A stretch of DNA of 64,000 nucleotides from the NCBI GenBank assembly GCA_964016885.1, contig OZ024742.1, positions 215,760,001 to 215,824,000 on the forward strand, in the 5' to 3' direction. The position numbers and the translations under genes were made by a program. The notes beneath the pieces are model-generated. The model saw only the letters and a program-made list of their open reading frames with translations, searched no databases and was not told the origin of the DNA. Source of the DNA: Eledone cirrhosa (Eukaryota). This document shows positions 12,316 through 25,490 of the stretch, piece by piece (the stretch's first letter is position 1; every line of letters starts with the position of its first letter).

Positions 12316-14575
12316 GAGGGATTTTTAAATAAAAGAAACAGATGTCGTATACGGGTGAAAGTATAGGGAAAATAAATCAAAAGTGCAACTGGAGTCTTTT
12401 CAAGAATATTTATTCATTTACTTTATCGGTTTCACAGTTCTGATACTTTTCAAAAGTAGAATTGAGATGGAGGGTGAGGTTTTTCTCGCATCTGATTTGT
12501 GTTAGAAACTTCTTTCTGTTTTATGTAGAAAGAGGTTCTTTTTATAAAGAATTTAATTTGGTTGTTTAATGACTGTCATGTGAATAAGTACAATACATTT
12601 CACACTAGTTCGCGTTCCAAATTCCTATTTTATGGCCGATGTCGTACTGAGGGGTCAAAATTCAGACTTTCCATTGATATGAATTGAATGTTTGTTTCGA
12701 TGGTGGTGGCAGGGTAGAACAGAGAAATATATTAATAAAAATCGAGAAGTGTGTTATGTCTGTGACTGTATGTGTATGGTTAACATATTAGGATGTTAAA
12801 ATATTAACGTATCTTAAAGTATAGTTATCTCTGGTCTTTTATTTTCGAATATAGAGAAGTGTGTGTGTGTGTTTGTGTGTATTATGTATGTGTGAGTATG
12901 GATAGTTAGAATGTTATGGTGTTAACAAATCAACGTATATTAAAGTATATTTAATGTTGGACACTATTTTTGATTAAACATATTTCCCTTATTTATTCGT
13001 ATTTGGTCTGTGGTATTGTCAGTGAAAAGATAAATCGGGAGGACTTGGAGTTTGTGTGTCTTATCGTTTGCGCATGTCTAGATGTCCACTGCTTAGTATC
13101 TGTCTTGAGGTAGGGTCTCGTAAATGTTGACGAGGGTGAGTTTAGTTTGTCCTATATAATCTTCATTATATCCTTCATATTTGATAGCATACATTTTTTT
13201 TTGTTTGATGATCAAGTGAAATGATCTTTTTTCAACAAAATTTTGTTTTGAATAAAATGTATACATTGTGCTTTCAATGAGGCAAGTACCGCAATTAGAG
13301 TGGTGTATTGTATGTTTAAGCAGGTTGAGGTGGATTATTTACAGGCATCGTTAATTGTTTTACACTTGTGGATCTTCGGAAGTCCGTAAAGGTAGCTGGT
13401 TTCCCATTCAAAATGTGTTAAATAATCGCGTGTCTTTTTAGTTAAGTCTTTCTGGTATTGACAAATAAATTCGTTTAATCTGGTCATCATTTTTGTTTGC
13501 TGGTAGATGGTTACTTATTCATATTAGTTAGTGTTTTGTAAGAGAGATAATATAGAGTGTTTATAATGTCAGCATCCATAATGACAACAGTATTTCCCTC
13601 ATCCGCTTCCTTAATTATAATGCCTGTATTTTTTTAAATTCATGGATCATTTTCCATTCCTTTCGAGATATCGTCGTTCATCTCATTGAGGTTAGAGTAT
13701 CGTGGTGTTGGTGTGAATTTCAGTCCTTTTAAGACAATTTTAATTTGTTGGTCTGAGACGTTTTTATTTGAAAGATTGATTATTTTCGGTTTTTCAAAAT
13801 CGGTTTGTGGCACCGGGTATCGTGTGTCCTGTAGCAATGGTCTAAACAAATGATCTTTCTGGGTTGTTTTTAAATGGGTATTACTATATCTAATGGCCTT
13901 TTCTGTGTTATTGTGTTATTGTATAGACGTTTTGGACGTACTTAGTATCGGTTTGTTGATGATCCGGGTTGCAACTTTTGTTCCTTTGTGTGGGCTGCGA
14001 TCTACGATTTTTGAAACAGGTTCCGTGTGGGTTGTGATCTACGGATTGGGTCATGTCTAGTGTTAGGTGGCACTCGTTCTTTTTAGTGGGCTTATAGTTT
14101 TTTCTATGGATTCTGGGATTATCGTCATAGTTTTGCTTGGGGCATGTTTGACGTTTTTCTAATTATTTTTGTAGTGTGTGAGTTTTAGCTTGTTTTTAAA
14201 ATGGTTTTCGTTTCTGAAATCTATTTTGTTGTTGTTGAAGCAGGTGTTGTATTTTTCCCATCGTTAGAGGGATGTTAGTTCTTCATTCTCACAATTTTAT
14301 TTACAAAATTTGAAGGTTCTTTTTCATAAAGTAGGCCTTCAGAGTACCTTGAGATTTCTGTTTCCATCTGTTAGTCGAATGGCTTGTATTTTTCTTTATT
14401 AGAGTTGGCTCTTAACCGTAACCGTTCTATTTCAATTTAAAACCTTTCTAAGGCCATCTTTTCCCTACGTTTTTGTTGGTTTTCTGGTACATTCGGGATG
14501 GGTTTTGGAGTTTTGGGGGTGGATGATTGGAGTCAAGTTTAGCCACTTTTCATATATATCTGCTTCACCGCTATT
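12316..14575 (-). mobile_element. Degraded, internally deleted Penelope-like element
   Basis: Minus strand: KIINLSNKNVSDQQIKIVLKGLKFTPTP (PLE N-terminal motif), IIIKEADEGNTVVIMD (DKG motif), LYGLPKIHK, then a GIY-YIG remnant MYAIK...EDYIGQTK. The RT core is missing. Confidence 0.85.
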
Positions 14576-14650
14576 TTTTAGGAGATTCCAAGAGGCAAAT
14601 TTGCGGGCTGTGAGTTATATATATATACATAGATAGATAGATAGATAGAT

Positions 14651-14704
<54 letters not shown>

Positions 14705-17700
14705 AGAAAGAGAGAGAGAAAGAGAGAGTATATATAAATAGTTAGGTAGATATATGTGCATGTGTGTGTGTGTGCATGCGTGTGTGTACATATTCTAATT
14801 GATGCTAAAAGGCACACGTACACTGACATATATCTATATGTGTTTTCGTGAATGTGTGCACATGGTTATTCATCGAAAGGCGACAGAATTTGTTTCATTA
14901 GAAGCTAACAATTGATCAACATTGCTTTAAAAATACGGTAATATTGTTCGCATATAATGCTTTGAATAACTGTATTACAATATTTACAACCAGCTAGCAA
15001 ATCGTATTATATAGGTAATTAGGGAATATGTTGTTGCATTGTATAATCACCTAATACTTTTAAGTTAGTGAATATTCACAGAGATTTGAGTGGAAATTGT
15101 TGTCTCAATATGATTAAATTATCTACCTGAATCTTTAAAAAATATAAAACTAGTAGGTTGTTTTCCAATATATTTTAAAGCTAGTTCAATCTGTTCATGG
15201 CATAAACAAAGAGGCTAAAATATATATCTATTCCCGGGTTCCTTAAACTGTGGTTTGATCGATGGATATAAATTACTGAACAATATATGTAAACAAATTC
15301 AAACTTGCACCTTCTCAAATAGGAGACTTGTAACATACCGATTAAACAAAATGGGCAGCAAAAGATGATAAAACATTTAAGCAATGATACAATGCGATGC
15401 GTATTAAAAGAGAGATGTTACTTAAAACTATGTGTTTATGAACAGTATGTTGAAATATCTATTTTATATTTACATTCCATCTGCTCAACCTTTGAGATAA
15501 TTCACCATCCTTTGAGATAATTCTTCTCTATCCTGTCAGCCGGGTCCATGAGGTGGACTGGCCCTTGAACAAGTTATGGTAAATACAATTCACAAATGCA
15601 CACGCTGTAGACTCTACGAATAACACATATCCAACTTCGTAAGAAAGATTAATATAAGGAAATGAAAAGAAGGTAAAATATTATAACATATTCATATGTC
15701 TTTATACCTACAATTCCGAATAATCATCCACTGACGGGAGTGTTCCATACAGATATTTTATTGTATATGCAATACTGAACGAAGCCAGAACATAAAATGT
15801 TGTAATAGTCAGGTATTTTCTTAAGTAAATATATATCTTTTTTCATGGACAAAGAGCTGTAATTTCAAAGCAGGCGTGATTTTAAAATAGTGTAAAAATC
15901 ATTGCTATAGTAATGTCGAGTAAGAATTTTAAGAACTAATGTTTTTGTTTTCTTTTACTCTTGGTTTTTGGTATTATCCATAATTGTACATGGTGTGTGA
16001 TCTGATTGAGAACATTATTATATCTTTTGCTATTTGTATTGAGATTTAAACCCAGGTCAGTACTGGCTGAGCAGTCCTATCATAGAAACCTAGTTATATC
16101 TTTTTTTCTTCTTTAAACGTCACCAGGCATGTAATTGCAATATCAAGTGTATACATGCATTTTGTAATTGTGATTCACGGAGATTTACGTCGATCATTTG
16201 AAGATTTATTAAAATATCAAAGAGTCTTATTGTTGATATTGCTAGTTTTATGGACTCTTTCAACGGGTAGATATTAATGTATATTGAGTAGGAAGAAATG
16301 TGTATCTCCCTAAATCCAGATCACAATGTAAGCAGTTGTTAAGACATTCTAAATTAACTCCAACAACCTAGAATAATTTCAGTCATATTCAATTAGAAAT
16401 AGTTATATAGCAATTTTCTCAATAATGACAAGCCGGTGTCTTCATAGCTATTTCATTGCAGATAACTTTCATGACAGATTTAACTTCGATCTGTTGTTGA
16501 TATATATCTTGTAATATATAATCTAGTAAAAATTTGATTTGAGAACCAGGTTAATATGTTGCTGTTTCTGAGAGGTTACGCCCATCGTACGCTGTGTAAG
16601 GTCCGGTATAAATAGCCTATATATTGCTTAGCTTTTAAAATATACGAACAAAGCTTTAGACAAAACACTACCGTATTGAGAAAACAAAACATGAAGCATG
16701 CGTCTAATACTTCATTGTTATGGTAAAGCAATGTATTGTTCATAAAAAAATGAATAGTAATAGAATCTAATACTTACCATATTTCATTTTGGATTTCAGT
16801 TGTTTATATAAACATCAAATAAAGCTTTTAGACAATACATACCTACGTGAATAGCACCATGATAATAATATTCATTATTATTCTTCATTTCCTTTCAATT
16901 CGAAATTTCAAGTTTGAAAAGAAATGCTATAATAACAGTTTATTACAAAGACTTCATGACAATTATTTGCTTACTACTTTTAGTAAATTGAAATGGTACA
17001 GCTTAATGCGAATTATTCAGAGTGTTGGAACGTGGCATCATATTAATTTATGCAAATAAATATACAGTGTCAAATCATCTGCTTCCAAAATGGCTTAGAT
17101 ACATTACTCAATACACTAATACGGACACACGAAAGATGAAATAACTAAGTAATCTGAGATCGATTCTCACTGAAAATACAAATAAATATAGTCTATAAAA
17201 AATAGTACGCAAGAAAATATGGATGTGTATTTTATATATATTATCACAGAATACTGTTTATATATATATATAGTGAAATGTGTATAAACAGTATTATATA
17301 ATAAATTGAAGAGTTATATCATCTTTCCTCTTTTTTTAATATTGGCATTCCTTTCTAACCATATAGGTAATACCTTAAAGTATCAACGTTGTGAAGTGCT
17401 TATGTTTGATCAACCAACGCCTTTTACTTGGAATAATATCAGTATATATATATATATAGGAAAATGTTTAACCCCGACGGCAGAGCTCAAGCTGTTTCGA
17501 CGGCTGTTTCTGGACTAAATTAGAATTTTAATAAATATCCGAAATTTTCAGGGGTAATTCCTTATATTCCTTATATGGGAAGTTGTCAAAAGGATTGGTC
17601 AAAATTTCTTGTAAACACAATTAAATCTTTCATGGCAGTAGGTGGGAGATGGGGTTGCTGAACTTGCCTGTAGAACGGTTTGGGTGGTCAAGCGTTGAAA

Positions 17701-17850
17701 GTGAATTCTATACAGCAAATTCTGAGGAATGTGTATGAAATTAGGCTAGTTAGGAAGCAGGCGAAAAAGGATTCTGGAGGAAATTGAGAGTGGGACGATA
17801 TAGAATTAAAAGGTTAATAAATTGAGATTAAAAGATAATAAATAAAAAAA

Positions 17851-17960
17851 GTAAAAATAATAAAATTAAATAGTAAAATAATAAAATTAAATAGTAAAAT
17901 AATAAAATTAAATAGTAAAATAATAAAATTAAATAGGAAAATAAAATTAAATAGTAAAAG
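17851..17960. repeat. About 21-bp tandem repeat (GTAAAATAATAAAATTAAATA), about 5 copies
   Basis: Directly visible in the sequence. Confidence 0.85.
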
Positions 17961-18542
17961 GTAATAAAAAATCTCTAGAGTCTAAAGCAGCTGCTATATT
18001 TTTAGTTGGTATTGCGTTTTCGGCTAATGCTATATATAATTTACTGGGACACTCAACTAATATCTAGGTTGTTTCTTCCATAGGGGTTGATTTTCTTGTT
18101 GTTTGAGGAGGTGATGTTTTGTGCGAAGTTGGGTGTGGTGCTGTAGGAGAGCTTGATAGTGCTTTTGTTGATTATGTTGTGGTAGCGGTGTTGTAGTGGG
18201 AAGTGTATTTCGAGGAGCCTAACGAAGATTTTCCCGATTAGTGATGCACAAAACATCGCCTCCTCAAACAACAAGAAACTCAACCTCTATGGAAGAAACA
18301 ACCTGGGCATTAGTTGAGAGCCGGCCAGGAGGTGTAACTGCCCTGATACATCTACATTCCCCCTCAACAACAGATGCCGAGAACGTAACGTGATCTACCA
18401 ATGCAACGTGAGGACGGAAACCTCCAAGAAAGCCTATATAGGATTAACCGCATGTGACTTTATGACCCGGCTCTACTAACACCGACATACGTTCCGAAAC
18501 CCAGCCCGGCGACATGCCACTACACATCTGGGACCTCCAAGA

Positions 18543-18603
18543 CATACAATCTAACATACAATCTAACATACAATCTAACATACAATCTAACATACAATCT
18601 AAC
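18543..18603. repeat. 12-bp tandem repeat (CATACAATCTAA) x5 inside the GIY-YIG remnant
   Basis: Directly visible in the sequence. Confidence 0.9.
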
Positions 18604-19529
18604 TTGGAGCTTACTGTCCAGGGCTAACTCCTACACGGGATGACGCCATCCGTGTAACTTATGCTCAGAGGAAACATTACAAATGATGTTTACGAAGGAC
18701 CAACCCCTAAACAAAAAAGACGAGCTTGTAACTGCATGTAAACACCGAATGCGTAGGAATCAAACACCCTCATGACCCGGGTGGTTAGACAATGGCTGCA
18801 ACATCCTTCTTTTCCCCACTTGCCGAACAAGATAGGGGAAACCCCAGCTTACATAAGTAGATGCACTTCTTTTCTTTTTCTTTTTCCTTATCTCTTTATC
18901 TCTTCTTATCTCTTCTTATCACTTCCTTCCACTCCCTCTCCTCCTCCTTTTCCCTCTTTCGCCTACCCCGAAGCAGCCCATCGCGCTTTTGTAGTCTCAG
19001 TACCCCCATATATATATATTGTGGGTGCGTGTGCATATTGTTATTAGACATAATGACATAGTATACTGCTGTGATGATAACTTTTACCTCTAATATATTT
19101 CATATATTTTGGTCAATCAGAACCCTGTTTATAATTTCATATGCTCCTAGTTTAAATTAAACTTTAGATTCAATTAAAACTTCCTGAGATTCCATTGCTA
19201 TTATGGTTGTAGACCTGAACACAATATACCGTTATTCAGTGGAATCGACATTGCAACTAATGAGAACGTCCTACCCAATGTTATCATGTGAATTAATCAA
19301 TACCTTTGATGTACGCAAATATTACGCTTTATCAGAAAATCTACTGAGGATAGCAGCATTTCGGTGAAAACTGCGATTATTTATTCATGGTTATTTCTTA
19401 TCTCATAATGTCAAAATTCCAACGAAGATAAAAGTATACGAACAATCTCAAAACCGCTGGAGATCGAAATTTTGTCATGCAGTTTGAACACCGTGAAGTA
19501 TTACATAGCATTATGAGTGCAATGATTGA

Positions 19530-19617
19530 GGGCGGTGGATTGGCAGTATCGGTAGAAGGTCGGACGCCATGCTTTGCAGCATTGAATTACGGCCCTTTAT
19601 GATCTGAGTTCAAATCC
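19530..19617 (+). mobile_element. SINE 5' (tRNA-like) half
   Basis: GGGCGGTGGATTGGCAGTATCGG...GAGTTCAAATCC, then the sequence breaks off. Confidence 0.85.
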
Positions 19618-20366
19618 TTATTTTAATTGATTCTGGTGTGATTTAAACTTAGAATTAAAACTGATGAAATTAATTATTGTAATATATATTAAAAAAGTTA
19701 ATATGAAACATTGTGAGATATGTATTACATAATTGATAAGTATTTCAGAAGGCCGGTACGATGCAGTAGAAATATATAAAGCGCAAATGACAAATAAAAC
19801 AAAGCATAGAAATGCTTTTCGTACCGTATAACATTTCAGGAGTAATAACACATTTCAAAATTCAAATCAAAAACTGCTTAAAGTGTAGTTATTGTTACTG
19901 TGTAGAACTACGTTCGACGACGTTGCGTTAAAACGTATTTCAGCAATGACCATCTAGTATCGATGTAAAGTACTATGTTCTTTCCTTTTTTAAGAAGGTC
20001 AGGTATACAGCCGATTGTGAGTACGCACAAACTTAGTACTACGATTTTGTATCTACCGATCTTGTCTTTATAGACATAAGCAAGTAAAATAAAAAATATC
20101 ACAAAATATCTTGTTATTTTTTAATAGATCAAGCCAACGTTAGTATGTAGATATAGTAGGTAATCAATTTTTTCTTAAACACAATAAACGTAACTAGCTT
20201 ACCATGTAATCAAAAGCTTTTTAAGCGTTCTACTTCAGAGCCAAAAAAATTCTAAAGTAATCATCTTGATAAACGTTAATATTAATTACAAATATGAAGC
20301 CCTCTATAGATTAATATTTAGTCATACTTTCATACTATACCTTCGTCTTTATCCTCATTGCCCCTT

Positions 20367-20434
<68 letters not shown>

Positions 20435-21070
20435 CGATTTTACTGATTTCCAATTATAATATTCTCCTAGATTTAATAATTAACTAATTAATTTAATTAG
20501 ACAAGTCTGTTGATTGGTTAATTATTAGTGTTTGTTTTATAACATCTAGTCGAGAGCTTATCATGATGATTAGCGGAAATTTAAAATATTTCCTTTTTCG
20601 CTAACATATTGAACGAACCGCCTGGGACCGGGGGTTATTTCCCTTGCCGGAATTAACACGTGATAATTATAGATACGATAAGCAGCATGCAGCAGCAACA
20701 TATAATTTATCACTCCGATCCCAGGAAGAGCGATAAAACCTGTTGATAAACTGAATCCTACGTTCGATCGCCAATACCATGAGTTTGTCTTTCAAGTAAG
20801 TCTGATATTTGATTTCGGATTCAAAGAAACACTTTAAACGATTGTTCGTTTAATTTGTCCAGGTGTACTTTTCTCAACCTGATTAGTTCTATCGTTACTT
20901 TGGTATTGTGTGTTAGTTTAGCCTACCACAATGTTCGATTTGTCAAGATATTTAAACGTATGTTATTACTCTAAGGCCCTACCTTATCGAGTGCTTTGCT
21001 AACTCATCACTTCATATAAGTAGGCCGAATTTACTTGCAAACCACCAGAGCTTCGATTTTACTGATTTCC

Positions 21071-21192
<122 letters not shown>

Positions 21193-21204
21193 ATATATAT
21201 ATTA

Positions 21205-22717
21205 CAGACCCACACTCCCCCCGGCCTGAACTCCCCACCCTTATTCCTTTAGCGTTCGACCGCCCCCATCCCCACCCCACACTTATCCCCCACTAACACC
21301 ACTAACACACCCCTCCTTTTCACCGCCCACCCCACACTAACAATACTAACACCTCCACTCAACCCCTCATCTGACCACCCTTCCCCAACTAACATACTAA
21401 CATCCCTTCCCTCCCCTCTTCTCCTCCTCCCCCCTCCTTATCACCCGCACACACGCACCCACTTACACCACCCACCCCACACGCAACTAACATCACTAAC
21501 ACCCCCAACCCCACGCACACGTACCCACACACCCTCGTACACCACCAACTCTACACACCCTACCACCACTAACCCCCACTCACACCTGCATTCAACCCCT
21601 CCCCACCTCCCGTATACTAACACCCACTAACACCTCTTCCCCAAACTACACACACACCAGTACACCACACTCCCTCCATAGAACCACACACACCCTTCTC
21701 TCCCCGCTCCACCCAAACCCCCGCTCCACACTCACTCATCCCACTAACACCCCTACTAATACACACACACACCCTCCTCATCCAACTTTCACACCTACCC
21801 ATCCTCGCCCCATTACCATTCCACCGACTGCTGCTATGCCCTTCTGACCACCTGCCAGCACCAACAGACCACAGCACTCCCACTGCTGACCACTTCCTGT
21901 TGCGCGCGCACCCCACATCTCTCCTCTTCCGACCACCGCTTCATGGATTACCCACACGCAGAAATTGACTTATAAACAATCCTCCTAACATCCTTGGAAC
22001 TTACCAACTGTTCAACCATCCTCTTACGTCATCACCTATATAACTCACCCACCCACACACCCCCAAACATTTTTTTTCTCCACACGCCACCCACACCTAC
22101 AACACGCTTAAACCCCACACACACGTGCTTCCCACCACATATTTACACCCTCAGCCTCCTGATTCCTCTCCCCCCACCCCCCTATCCACACACGCACAGA
22201 CACTCCGACCCACAAAAACACCCCCCACACACACCTCTTCCTGAACATGCAACCCCGTTCTTCCCCCAACCCTTACTTTCACATACACAAAGTCACACAC
22301 ACACACACCACCTTCAGCTCTCCCCGCTCGGACACCCCGTCTCCCTCTCCCCACTCCACCCGCCACCACCCCTACTCACCCCACACCCTTCCACCACCTG
22401 TTTAACCCCCTTTTAATTTCAGTTTATTTTGATCATGCCTTCATTTTTAAATTTTCTCATTCCTTGTATTTTGATCATGCTTTATTTTTATTTTTTATCT
22501 TTATTTGTTAATTTTTCATTCGCACCGTTTCCTTTCGCTACATGTCTCTCCACCACTCCCTTACACACCTTTTGAACTCTGATCCCGCACACTTCTCACC
22601 TGAGGAAGGGCTTATGCCCGAAACGTCGTCCGCCACCTACCCCCCACTCTCCTGAGCGTGAAATTAATAAACATTTATTGTACTGCCTCTCTGTTTTGTC
22701 CCTGTTCAAATTTTGCC

Positions 22718-22720
<3 letters not shown>
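21205..22720 (+). mobile_element. C/A-rich PLE-type 3' region with terminal hammerhead
   Basis: Strongly C-skewed low-complexity tract with recurring CACTAACAC, then a T-rich tract, an HHR at 22597, aataaa and (TA)n. Confidence 0.6.
22597..22630 (+). ncRNA. Minimal hammerhead ribozyme (weak stem I)
   Basis: CTGAGGA-aGGGCttatGCCC-GAAA-CGT-C. ACGT palindromic stem III with a GUC site. Stem I retains only 2 bp. Confidence 0.7.
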
Positions 22721-22767
<47 letters not shown>

Positions 22768-23149
22768 CGTAAACCTGACAATTATTGCTCCAACCAGTCC
22801 TTAGATAACTATCCTACATATACATACACTTAAACTACACATATACATTATATACATACATACATATATAGAAGAAACGCAAGCAATCATCTAATGTCTT
22901 GTACGTAAATAATACACTCGGAAAACAAAGCCAATAGTAAACAAAGCATCTATTGGACAAGACTGCCGGATTCGAAACTTTTAAAAATTACATTCGTAAA
23001 ATTCGAACCAATCATGAACGAAATGTTTGGATTACTGCTAAGACACCCCAAAAAAATCCGTACCTCAGACATCATCCAATTATCGCAACCGCTAACCCGC
23101 TCTAAAATGGGTATAGGGGAGACGGACTTCTTCAATCATTGGTTGTTGC

Positions 23150-24230
23150 TTCATTTCATTGAGGATTTCCCAATTAGTATCAGTTGGTTGGTTGAGTGCT
23201 GAACCCATCTGTCTTTGATGTCTTGAGGAGCTGAAAGAAGATCATCGTTATTCGACCCTACAGAATGCAGATCTTTCGACTTGCATATACTGCATTGAGA
23301 TTTGCATAGAATTCTTTATGATTCTTCTCCTGTGCAAATCTTTCAGCATCGTAGGCTTTTTGTTGAAACCAGTTGTACCTGGGATTTCTAATTTCATCTC
23401 TTAGTCCTTTAATATCACCGCTGTCTGTCTTAGCTTTCAAAAGTCTCTGAATCTCTTACTCCTGATCTTCAAACTAAACTTTCTTGTTTGGCAGCACTTT
23501 GTAGGACTTCTTTCAAGTTATCCCAATCGCCTCATAATCTGGAATTTGTTCGCTGAGGAACCTTTCAAACCTGTCTTTCTTTTTTCAGTAGATAGGCGTT
23601 ATACTTCCAGGGAAGATTTGTTCCCTTATTTGTTTTCTTTATCCCAATGCTTGACTTGCAGATCAGGAGTTTCTGATCGGTGAAACTATCAGCACGTGTA
23701 TCAATTTTGGCGATGTTAATGAATTTTCCGCACTATTGATTAGCAAGGACGTAGTCTAGCTGTTGCCAGTGTTTGGAGTGGAGTTCTTGAAACATTTCTT
23801 TAGTTGGTACATTGTGTCTATAGTTGAGAGTTGAAATCGTGTGCAAAATTCTAACAACATTAAGCAATTAGAGTTCACATTTCCTACTCCATGTTTGCCA
23901 ACTGCTGACAGCCATGACTTCCAATATTTTCCAACACATGCGTTGAAGTCAGCAAGAACAATGACCCCCCCCCCCCCAACGTTTTTTGACAGTGCATTCA
24001 CTAACATGCTCATAGAAATATTCCTTCTCAATCACTGACCGTTGCACTGTGGACACTGATAAATGTGAGATAGGAGTTGTTTTCAGTTAAATGCGAGCAG
24101 TCATGAGGGTAACAGCAATAGGAATTTGATTGACGTTACCAAATTTATTGTAGACAGTAAAGACAACCCAAGGTGTTTTGTCATCATTTTCACTCCCAAA
24201 TAGAATGGATCCTCTCTTTGAGTTTACCGG
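23150..24230 (-). mobile_element. Degraded RTE (BovB-like) LINE, AP-endonuclease region
   Basis: VIVLADFNACVGKYWKSWLSAVGKHGVGNVNSNCLMLLEFC matches the GDFNARVG...HG.G..N.NG..LL.FC motif. Downstream sequence reads NHKEFYANLNAVY. Confidence 0.8.
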
Positions 24231-24578
24231 AATTTGGACGCCGTACCTCACTATATATATATATAGAAAGAGAGAGGCAGCAGAGAGAAAGAGATAGAGA
24301 GGGAGCAGAGAGAGATATAGAAGAACAGAGAGAGATATAGAGGAACAGAGAGACAGAGGGGCAGACAGAGAAAAGGAGGCTCCCTTGTAACTGTTGGTTG
24401 TTCACAACAAATCGTCTAGCACAGACATTGTGTTAAACCAATGGTATTTCCCATAAATATATATATATTTTCGAGCGCGGCCGACCGGGGTAGATGTTGC
24501 TAAATGTTCGGTCGCCCTCATGTATCTGGTTTACAGCCCCATGGCTTTGTTATATTATATTCCTTTGTAATATTTCGA

Positions 24579-24636
24579 ATACCTGATGATGTCACCGGAT
24601 TCATACTGAACCCGGTCATTGAAATGATCATAGTAT
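24579..24636 (+). ncRNA. Hammerhead ribozyme in a solo pLTR (about 24450-24690)
   Basis: ATAC-CTGATGA-tgtcACCGGaTTCAtacTGAAcCCGGTcatt-GAAA-TGATCAT-A-GTAT. Stem III is the palindrome ATGATCAT. Confidence 0.75.
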
Positions 24637-24792
24637 ACTAAACCTTTTAAGGAATTACACCAGTACAGCCTCCTGTTATTTTATAATATATATATATATA
24701 TATATAGGAACCAGTAAGACCCCGACAGCTGAGCTCAAGCCGTTTCGACGGCTAATTCTGGATATATATATATATATATATATAAAATTCTT

Positions 24793-24869
<77 letters not shown>

Positions 24870-24870
<1 letters not shown>

Positions 24871-25490
24871 AAGGTATATATTGAGTTAGTTAGAAACTCA
24901 AAATAGTCTCTTACAAAAAAATAGCTCTAGGAAAGAGATTTTTCCGAGCCGTATATTATAATTGAATATAAAAGAAAAACGAACACAGATATATACATAT
25001 ATGTGTTCAAATCGTAAGGGACCAGATTCGCTAAGGTGAAAAGAATACTAACTATAGACAATAGGGTTTGCCAGACTCAATTTAAGAATAAATCAAGAAA
25101 ATAAATACAAGCCGGAATTGTGGTAACTACCAATCACCCGGACAGCTTTGATAATGCTGTTTCGCAAAATTAATTGTGAAGAAGAATACCAATTCTTGCT
25201 CATCAGCGGGTGAAGAATTATTAGTATCCTAGTCACTTCTAAGTATATTAATAAACTGAATAGTGTGCGTATATATAATAACTCACATATTATCTAAACT
25301 TAGCGTGACTCACACCACTAAAAATAGCAGCCAGGTTTATTCGATATTTGAATTAGCTCCACAAATTAACGGAGCCGAATATATCGTAGGTACATTTTGG
25401 GTTAGAAACTCAAAATCTGGTCCCTTACGATTTGAACATATATATGTATATGTCTGTGTTGGTTTTTCTTTTATATTCAGTTATATCTGT
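24870..25490 (-). mobile_element. Non-coding PLE-type element with about 70-bp inverted repeats and an intact hammerhead
   Basis: 24958-25028 is inverted at 25414-25486. GTTAGAAACTCAAAAT is directly repeated at about 24889 and 25401. HHR at 25135-25212. Confidence 0.6.
25135..25212 (-). ncRNA. Fully canonical type I hammerhead ribozyme
   Basis: CACCCG-CTGATGA-GCAAgAATT...AATTTTGC-GAAA-CAGCattatcaaaGCTGT-C-CGGGTG. 6-bp stem I, G-C closed stem II, 5-bp stem III, GUC cleavage triplet. Confidence 0.9.

Larger units (their letters stand above)
17459..19012. mobile_element. Rearranged Penelope-like element (probably Naiad-type) with internal inversion
   Basis: Minus 18053-18240: GKIFVRLLEIHFPLQHRYHNIINKSTIKLSYSTTPN. 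Plus 18245-18760: RRCNCPDTSTFPLNNRCRERNVIYQC...AYIGLTA...HPCNLCSEE...LNKKDELVTACKH. Flanked by (TA)n. Confidence 0.85.

Noticed and set aside
13212-13214. TGA at a conserved Cys position (FT*SSN) in a PLE endonuclease, suggesting selenocysteine
   Set aside because: It is a single, heavily decayed copy in which neighbouring Cys codons are also mutated. One substitution explains it.
21240-21800. CACTAACAC-rich tract resembling interstitial telomeric repeats
   Set aside because: There are no tandem CCCTAA units, and it lies inside a C-rich retroelement 3' region.
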